Origin: an uncultured Candidatus Binatia bacterium
GTDB lineage: Bacteria > Desulfobacterota > Binatia > Bin18
Assembly (NCBI GenBank): GCA_965243735.1
Contig: CBDEVZ010000008.1
Span: forward strand, 3,867,180-3,931,179
DNA length: 64,000 bases
Direction: 5' to 3'
A model generated the notes under the pieces. The model ran no database searches. It had not been told where the DNA came from and saw nothing but the letters and a program-made list of their open reading frames with translations. The position numbers were made by a program, and so were the translations under genes. Of the stretch, positions 57,636 to 64,000 are shown piece by piece; the stretch's first letter is position 1; the number at the start of each line of letters is the position of its first letter.

Positions 57636-58584
57636 GATCCACGAATATGCGCTGGAGCCCGAGCTTGTTGCATCATGGCATGACCGAATACGGGGCCGAA
57701 TTTTTATTGATAAGTTCGGCCCCGACACAGGAAGACTTGTTTCACGGTACCCAAACAAGACGAAGTGGGCAGATCTGCTCCGAAAGGCTTTCGAGGAAAC
57801 CTTTGGCGGAACTCCTGGCGAAAAGGAAACGGCACGGGGACGAATAGAAGAACTGAGAAAACAATTCATGTCTCCTCCCGCGGTCAAGCGTTCGGAATGC
57901 GTATGGGACGCTAACCGCGGCTGGCTCGTCAACGCAGAGAGCGAACATACACGCAAGCCCTTTCACGCAATCCTTGCTCGTGATAACCCCCACGCAAATG
58001 TAAAGATAATAGTTGAAAATGATGTCATAGACCGTAAGGCTACACGTTGGGACACCCCGATTACGGTCACCGTCAAACGAGCGGCGGAAGAAATGGCAAA
58101 ATGTGTTACGCCGATGCTACGCTGTGCAACAAAGATACTCTTTGTTGATCCGAACTTTCGGGCAAACAAAAAGGAATTTCGGGAACCGTTAGCAGCGTTT
58201 CTTCGGAGCGTTGACACACAAACTTCGAAGATAACTATCGAACTCCATACAGAAGAACGAGATGACACGCCGAGCTGGACAGAGTTTCGGAAAGAATGTG
58301 AGAACAAACTGCCTCCCATCATTCCCAAAGGCTTAACGCTCACGGTGTATCGTTGGAAGGAACGCGAGGGCGGCGAAAAGCTGCATAATCGTTACATACT
58401 GACGGACATTGGTGGTGTGTCTTTTCTGACCGGGCTCGACGAGGGCGACCCAGGGATGACTGATGACGTTTCGCGTCTCAGCGCCGCCACTTATAACCAG
58501 CGATGGAATGACTACGACGAGCGAAACGGTGTGTTTAAACTCGACCGCGAAACTTTTTCAGTCGAAGGTCAAGCAATTGGTTAA
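57636..58584 (+). CDS. Hypothetical protein, partner of the AAA_15/DUF3696 ATPase
   Basis: 316 aa, starts 5 nt after the ATPase stop, same low GC. No recognisable domain. Weak HNRYILTDIGGV motif. Confidence 0.45.
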
Positions 58585-58594
58585 GTACGAACGC

Positions 58595-59110
58595 TCACAA
58601 CAACCGGAACTGACGCAGCACGGCGGCAACCTTTTCGTCGCCCTGCCCAAGCGAGCGCAGCGCTTCAAATAGAGAGTGCAGGTTCTCCCGGTTACGGGCC
58701 AGCTCGTCTTCGATCCCCTCGACTTTGCTCTGAACTGGCCGCACCATCGTCCGGCGGTCCCATAGCGCAAAGCCAATTGTAGCTGCCACGAGAGCAGCAA
58801 AAGCACCAAGCATCCCCAGCATGAGCTGACCCAGTTCGGCGAATCGGGCGTTCATGTCCTGCCGGAGCTGTTGGAACTGGGTCTGCATATCGGCCCGCAG
58901 CTGCTGATTCTGGGTCTGCATGTCAGTTCGCAGCTGGGTAATGGCTGTGGTATTCGCCTCGATTTTCGTCGCCAGGTGGGTTTGTCCGGCTTCCAGTTTG
59001 GTCAAGCGTTCGATGATCTCCCGGTCGGAGATGCGCGGCGCGGTCTCGACCGCTCCCACAGCGCCAGAGCAGAGCAGCGCCAGGAGCACGGTCAGGACGG
59101 CAGTCTTCAT
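58595..59110 (-). CDS. Hypothetical secreted/membrane coiled-coil protein
   Basis: Signal peptide (MKTAVLTVLLALLCSGAVGA), Q-rich coiled coil (LRTDMQTQNQQLRADMQTQFQQLRQDM), C-terminal TM helix. Confidence 0.4.
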   Translation of the reverse strand: MKTAVLTVLLALLCSGAVGAVETAPRISDREIIERLTKLEAGQTHLATKIEANTTAITQLRTDMQTQNQQLRADMQTQFQQLRQDMNARFAELGQLMLGMLGAFAALVAATIGFALWDRRTMVRPVQSKVEGIEDELARNRENLHSLFEALRSLGQGDEKVAAVLRQFRLL

Positions 59111-59299
59111 ACGCCTTCGCATGACCATCATCAAACGCGACCAAGGCGGCGAAGTCAACCGGCGATCCGGCTCGGGCCGTCATCTGGTGGCGCCGTCTCC
59201 CGGGTCCGCCCACACACCTTGTCGGGCTGGCCCGATTCGGTTAGGGTAGTCCGATCTTTTGGCGTGAGCATATCCCTCAGGGGAAAGGAAGGAGTGACT

Positions 59300-60424
59300 A
59301 TGAGAATCGGAATGCAGATGGTGCTGCAAAACCATAAGGCCCACGACGACCGGGAAATGTACAAGAACGAAACCCGCCTGGCCATCGAGTCGGAGGGCAT
59401 GGGCTTCGATATCATCTGGCCGGTTGAGCACCATTTCTTTGATTACTCGATCTGCCCCGACAACATGCAGTATCTGAGCTATATCGCCGCCCGGACCGAG
59501 CGCCTCCAGCTGGCGACCGGCGCGATCATCCTGCCCTGGAACAATCCGATGCGTGTCGTCGAGAAGATGGTCCTCCTCGATCACCTGTCCGACGGACGGG
59601 CGGTCCTCGGTCTTGGTCGGGGTCTGTCACGGCGCGAGTATCGCGGCTTTGGCGTGGACATGTCCGAAGCCCGGGACCGCTTCAACGAATCGGCCGAGAT
59701 CATCGTCAAGGGCCTGGAAGACGGCTTTGTGGAAGCCGACACCCAGCACTACAAACAGGCGCGGATCGAGGTCCGGCCACGGCCGATCAAGACCTTCAAG
59801 GGCCGCCGCTACATGGTGTGCATGTCGCCCGAGTCGTTTGATGTGGCCGCCCGCCTGGGCCTGGGGGCGATGATGTTCTCCCAGATGGGCTGGGAAAAGG
59901 TTGCCGACAACATCCATCAGTACCGCGAGAACTTCCGCAAGCACAACAACGGGGAAGAAGCCCCGCCGATCAACTGCGCCGACTTTGTGGCCTGCACCGA
60001 GGACGTCAAGCGCGCCGAAGAGATCGCTCGGGTCAATATCGTCGGCTACTACTGGAGCGTGATGGAGCACTACGAGATGACCGGCGATCACTTTGCCGAA
60101 ACCGGCAAGTCCTACGCCCACTATGCCAACGCGGCCCAGCAGATGAAGGCCGCTGGCATGGACGCCGTGGTTGAGGACTTCCTGAGCGCCAACCTGTGGG
60201 GCACGCCCGACATGCTGCTTGAGAAGGTCCGCAAACGCCGCGAGGTCATCGGCGACTTTGAGATCAACGGCTGCTTCAGCTACCAGAGCCTGCCCTACGA
60301 TGAGGTCGAGCAGTGCATGCGCCTGTTCGCCAGAACCGTCGGACAAGAGCTGCACAGCTGGACGCCCAAGACCGGCCAGGCTCCGGTTGATGTGAGCGCG
60401 GATTCGACGCTGCAAGCCAAGTAA
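59300..60424 (+). CDS. LLM-class flavin-dependent oxidoreductase
   Basis: 374 aa from MRIGMQMVLQ (AAGGAAGGAG RBS); luciferase-like motifs. Confidence 0.8.
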   Translation: MRIGMQMVLQNHKAHDDREMYKNETRLAIESEGMGFDIIWPVEHHFFDYSICPDNMQYLSYIAARTERLQLATGAIILPWNNPMRVVEKMVLLDHLSDGRAVLGLGRGLSRREYRGFGVDMSEARDRFNESAEIIVKGLEDGFVEADTQHYKQARIEVRPRPIKTFKGRRYMVCMSPESFDVAARLGLGAMMFSQMGWEKVADNIHQYRENFRKHNNGEEAPPINCADFVACTEDVKRAEEIARVNIVGYYWSVMEHYEMTGDHFAETGKSYAHYANAAQQMKAAGMDAVVEDFLSANLWGTPDMLLEKVRKRREVIGDFEINGCFSYQSLPYDEVEQCMRLFARTVGQELHSWTPKTGQAPVDVSADSTLQAK

Positions 60425-60471
60425 GCCGGATGGGGCGCTTCATCACGCGCCCCCGATCCAGAACTCTTATA

Positions 60472-60496
60472 GCCCCGCCGCGTGCGGGGCTTTTTT
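60472..60496 (+). terminator. Rho-independent terminator (GCCCCGC-cgcgt-GCGGGGC followed by TTTTTT)
   Basis: 7-bp GC stem, 5-nt loop, U-tract; 48 nt after the LLM stop. The T-run overlaps the stop of the convergent NfeD gene. Confidence 0.55.
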
Positions 60497-60929
60497 ATGG
60501 CCCGCGCTCTTCCGGGGCGACGAGCAGAGTGAGGCCCCGAAAGGCGCGCACGGTCACCCGACTGCCGGCCGGCAGGACGGGATGGGCCTCTTCCTCGTGG
60601 AGCCGCTCAGGCTGCCCCGCCGCTTGATCGACAGGCTCAATTTCAGCCCGCCACAGCTCACCGTTGATCTGCACATAGCCCTGGGGATTCAGCGCCTGGT
60701 AGACCTGCCCCCGCGTTCCGAGCAGGCGCGCGGCCCCGGTTTTGACGTTGGACTCGTAGGCCGAGCGCACGTACGGATACAGGGCAAAGTCTTTGCCGAC
60801 GGCCAGGCCCAGCAGGACAAGACCGCTCCACAGCGGCAGATTGAGCCACGAGTGAGCCCCGACCAGAATCAGCCCCCACACGATCCAGCCCGGAATCTGG
60901 AGCAGCACATACTTGCGAAACGTCCCCAT
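60495..60929 (-). CDS. NfeD-like membrane protein (two TM helices plus OB-fold beta-barrel)
   Basis: N-terminal TM hairpin, C-terminal GTRGQVYQALNPQGYVQINGELWRAEI...GSRVTVRAFRGLTLLV NfeD short-form motifs. ATG is 2 nt downstream of the nuclease-helicase stop. Confidence 0.6.
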   Translation of the reverse strand: MGTFRKYVLLQIPGWIVWGLILVGAHSWLNLPLWSGLVLLGLAVGKDFALYPYVRSAYESNVKTGAARLLGTRGQVYQALNPQGYVQINGELWRAEIEPVDQAAGQPERLHEEEAHPVLPAGSRVTVRAFRGLTLLVAPEERGP

Positions 60930-60931
60930 AC

Positions 60932-63900
60932 TCAGCCTTCGGCCTCTGTCGGCTCGGGCGCTCGGGAGCCGTCTTCGACGACCCGGCAGAAGACATTCAC
61001 CGCCGCCATGTGGTCCAGCGTGGCGCAGTGCGTGCGGGCCAAGCCGGGGTGGGCCACCACAATGGCCAGGCTGCGCGCCCGGGACAGGGCGACATTCAAA
61101 CGGTTACGGTTGAACAGAAAGTCGATGCCGCGTGGCGACGCTTCGCCGTGGCTGGCACACATCGACACGATCACGATGGCCGCTTCCTGGCCCTGAAATT
61201 TATCGACCGAGCCGACCCGAGCCTGATCCCCCAGGGCCGCCTGCAACCGACGCACCTGCATATTATACGGGGCGACGAGCAGGATATCGTCGAGTCCGAC
61301 CGTCCCCGACGACCGGCCCTGCTCGTCGGTCAACTCGCGGCCCAGCAGCTCGTGGACGATCTCCCGGATCAGACCGACTTCTTCAGCGCTGGCCTGAGTA
61401 TTGCCCGCATGCTCAGCCGGCACGAAGACGAGACCCGCCTCGTGGCGGATATGACGCCCGCCGTCCGTCGGCCTGCGGACCAGCCGGTTTTTAGTCGGCG
61501 GCGCGGCCCGCAGGCGGCCGTCATACATGGCCTCGGAGATGAAGTGGCACAGCTGCGGATGGAGACGCCAGGTGGTGTCCAGAAAGAGCCCCAGCGTATC
61601 GGGAATGGTCGCCCGGCCCTGGAGCAGGTAGTCCAGAGTCGACTGGCCGCTGTGGCCGGGATGCGAGCCCTGTATCGGCTGGCCGAGCTGCATCTGGTCG
61701 CCCAACAGGACGAGGTTCCGGCTTGAGGCCGCCATGCCGATCAGATTGGCCGTCGAAACCTGCCCGGCCTCATCAACAAACAGATAGTCGAGCTGCTCCC
61801 GCATGGAGGCGGCGCTGAAGGCCCAGGCCGTGCCGCCGATCAGCCCGACCCGGTCCAGCTCGGACGCGGCGTCTCGAACGGATGGGACGTAGCGCGCCCC
61901 CTGGCAGTGACTGAAAAACGACGCGTCCGCCGGTCCGCCGACCTTGAGACAGTTGAGCTGTCCGTTCTGCTGTTCGGCGCATTTTTGCATCAGGTTCAGA
62001 ATCGCCGCATGACTGTTTGAGCTGATGCCGACGCGTTTCCCCTGGCCCAAGAGAGACACGATCACCGCAGCCGCCAGCGTGGTTTTACCCGTACCGGGCG
62101 GGCCCTGGATGCACAAGGTGGACTGGTCGAGCCCCGACACGAGCCGCAGCGCAGCCGCCCGCAGGTCTTCGTCGGGAGCGACCAAGGCCCGAGAGTCACC
62201 CCGGGGCGCTGAGGACAGGCGGGGGGGACGCCGGGCCAGGAAATCGGCCAGGGCCGGAGACAGCCGGCGATCCTCGTGCCAGCTTCGGGCGGTGTGCTCT
62301 ATGGCTTTGGCGATCACCTCGGCCGAGACGTGTTCGTCCGGAATCAGCGACAGCCTGGCCGGGGGAGGAGCGCCCCCGAGCTGCTTGAGCTTGCGCGGGC
62401 CGAACTTCAGACACACCCGACCGGCGTCCCGGTCCAGTTCATGGATGTCGGTCGTCATGTCGAGATCGTGGGCAAAAAAGCAGCTCGCGCCCTGGGTCAA
62501 CTTAGTGTCCTGGTCGGGATCGAAGGCGTACCAGAAGCCGGCGGATCTTTTGATAGGGATGGGCCGGTCCGACTCGCGGCGCAGTCCACCCAAACAGTCG
62601 AGGTCTTCAACCAGCTCCTGTTCGCTCATCGCCTGGCGGTCGAAGGTCGCCCACCACAGGGGCTTGTCCTCACGGCGGTGGAACTCGACCACGTTGCCCA
62701 GCATCTCCTGGGTTTGCCAGCGCTGAGTGTCCCCGGCCCGCTCTTGCTCCAGCTGGGGAATGTCAGCCAGCAGGCGCTCGGCCAGCTCGTGGCGTGGGTT
62801 GGGTTCGGCCGCACGCTCCGCGCCCTCCTCCTTGGCCGGTCCGGCTCCGGGCGGCAGCCAGGCGATGCCCGCCTCACGCTGCCGCTCCCGCAGCCATTCG
62901 GTGAGCTGCCAGGTCGATTCGCAGTCGTCACGGTTGTAGTCCCGAATCTCCCGCAGCAGCGGCGAGGCGCGCCAGTCCTGGGGCTGACCGCTGGCCAGCC
63001 AGTTTTCGTAGGCCACGACCGAGTCACCCGCCGTGCTGACCGGCCCGGTTCGGCGGGTGTCGCGGTACAGAGACTCGATGTTTTTGAGCGAGTAGCGCGG
63101 CTCGCCGACCCGCAGGCCCTGGCGTACAAGCGTATACAGATCGACAAACACATTGTGTCGCAGCAGCTCATCGACCTCGGTCTCACGGGTTCCGTAGCGG
63201 CCCATCAGGCGGCGCACCGCAGCGACTTCATAGTTGGCGTAATGGTAGATGTGCAGCGCCGGGTCAGCCTGCCAGCGGGCGAACACCCAATCGACAAAGC
63301 CTTCAAAGGCCCGCTTTTCCTGAGCGGCGTCGTGAGCCCACCAGTCGAGAAACTGGGGAGCGCCGTGTTCGAGGTAGGTCACCCCGAACAGGTATTCCAG
63401 CCCGCCCCTGAGCAGCGGATAGCCCTCGATGTCGAAATACACATCGAGCGGAGACTGGGGGGGCAGCAGGGCCAAGCCCTTGCGTGGGTCGTCCGGTGCG
63501 GGTTCCACGATGTGGTAGGCCGGTGTGTCGGTCTGGGCGGACGCAAGCTGGAGCCGGGCCTGATCCCGCAGCCGGACAAACACCGCGTCGTCCAGGCGCG
63601 CCACGTGCTTGCGGTCGGTTTCGGCCAGGCCGCGCAGCGTCTGGATACCTGCGGCGTGCAGCTTCTCGACCTGGGTCTGGATGATGTTGGCCACCCGGCT
63701 CAGATGATCGCTCGATTCGAGCAGCGCTTCGGCGTGCGACTGCCAGCGGCCGTTCTCATCCCACGGGTTGGGCAGCGGAGGACTGTCAGGGTCAAAGCCA
63801 GCCAGGAAGGCGACAAAGGCGTTCTTCAGCGCCCGGTAGTAATACACATAGTCGGCCGTCCGAAACGTGTGCGCCCGGTCGTCGCCCGTCACACAGTGCA

Positions 63901-64000
63901 GCTGCTCGGGACACCGCCCCTGGACCGCTTCGAGCAGGTCGGCATACGCGCACAGCTGGACCACAAACTCGGGTCGCACCATCCGCGCCAGCTTGGTCTC
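60932..64000 (-). CDS. RecB-family (TM0106-type) nuclease fused to SF1 DNA2/NAM7-like helicase; 5' end beyond window
   Basis: Over 1016 aa; PD-(D/E)xK nuclease region (LDVYFDIEGYP...), helicase Walker A GPPGTGKTT, AAA_12 C-terminal motifs. Frame still open at nt 64000. Confidence 0.7.
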   Translation of the reverse strand, partial: ETKLARMVRPEFVVQLCAYADLLEAVQGRCPEQLHCVTGDDRAHTFRTADYVYYYRALKNAFVAFLAGFDPDSPPLPNPWDENGRWQSHAEALLESSDHLSRVANIIQTQVEKLHAAGIQTLRGLAETDRKHVARLDDAVFVRLRDQARLQLASAQTDTPAYHIVEPAPDDPRKGLALLPPQSPLDVYFDIEGYPLLRGGLEYLFGVTYLEHGAPQFLDWWAHDAAQEKRAFEGFVDWVFARWQADPALHIYHYANYEVAAVRRLMGRYGTRETEVDELLRHNVFVDLYTLVRQGLRVGEPRYSLKNIESLYRDTRRTGPVSTAGDSVVAYENWLASGQPQDWRASPLLREIRDYNRDDCESTWQLTEWLRERQREAGIAWLPPGAGPAKEEGAERAAEPNPRHELAERLLADIPQLEQERAGDTQRWQTQEMLGNVVEFHRREDKPLWWATFDRQAMSEQELVEDLDCLGGLRRESDRPIPIKRSAGFWYAFDPDQDTKLTQGASCFFAHDLDMTTDIHELDRDAGRVCLKFGPRKLKQLGGAPPPARLSLIPDEHVSAEVIAKAIEHTARSWHEDRRLSPALADFLARRPPRLSSAPRGDSRALVAPDEDLRAAALRLVSGLDQSTLCIQGPPGTGKTTLAAAVIVSLLGQGKRVGISSNSHAAILNLMQKCAEQQNGQLNCLKVGGPADASFFSHCQGARYVPSVRDAASELDRVGLIGGTAWAFSAASMREQLDYLFVDEAGQVSTANLIGMAASSRNLVLLGDQMQLGQPIQGSHPGHSGQSTLDYLLQGRATIPDTLGLFLDTTWRLHPQLCHFISEAMYDGRLRAAPPTKNRLVRRPTDGGRHIRHEAGLVFVPAEHAGNTQASAEEVGLIREIVHELLGRELTDEQGRSSGTVGLDDILLVAPYNMQVRRLQAALGDQARVGSVDKFQGQEAAIVIVSMCASHGEASPRGIDFLFNRNRLNVALSRARSLAIVVAHPGLARTHCATLDHMAAVNVFCRVVEDGSRAPEPTEAEG

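Noticed and set aside
61010-61726. 238-aa plus-strand ORF opposite the nuclease-helicase gene
   Set aside because: Antisense artefact.
1-64000. Search for CRISPR arrays, tRNA/rRNA genes and integrase or transposase genes
   Set aside because: No regularly spaced repeat-spacer arrays, no cloverleaf-like tRNA candidates at island borders, and no recombinase or transposase ORFs were seen. Acquisition of the AT-rich islets is inferred from composition and repeats only.

Overview
High-GC (about 65%) bacterial chromosomal segment. It mixes housekeeping and catabolic genes (several LLM-class flavin/F420-type oxidoreductases, a MATE and an MFS transporter, a UvrD-family helicase, a hydantoinase/carbamoylase cluster, a CoxL-type molybdopterin dehydrogenase, esterases) with a dense, partly decayed set of toxin-antitoxin and phage-defence modules.

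The main architecture is a mosaic type I restriction-modification locus at about 10.8-22.2 kb, all on the minus strand. The intact parts are hsdR, hsdS, a DarT-DarG toxin-antitoxin pair translationally coupled into hsdR, and a distal vapB-vapC pair. The decayed parts are hsdM, which carries two single-base frameshifts, a PIN/VapC C-terminal remnant coupled to the hsdS start, and a proximal vapB with an internally deleted vapC. Two ~0.6-1 kb repeat units (vapB with its upstream region, vapC, and a copy of the first ~80 bp of hsdR) are present; the proximal copy carries the deleted vapC. An uncharacterised 333-aa gene with its own promoter sits between hsdM and hsdS.

Three AT-richer, probably horizontally acquired islets are present. 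(i) A PARIS/AbiL-like AAA-ATPase plus DUF4435 pair, lying next to an arsM cassette that has overwritten a DUF433-DUF5615 toxin-antitoxin pair and is bracketed by ~45-bp direct repeats. (ii) A PD-(D/E)xK-like protein plus an HNH-domain protein. (iii) An AAA_15/DUF3696-type ATPase with an unrecognisable 316-aa partner. The last is my best candidate for an undescribed two-gene defence system.

Other elements: vapBC and mazEF pairs, an orphan BrnA-like antitoxin, and REP/BIME-like palindromic repeats. No rRNA, tRNA or CRISPR array was found. The window ends inside a RecB-like nuclease-SF1 helicase gene. Many long ORFs in the six-frame track are antisense artefacts of high GC and were not called.
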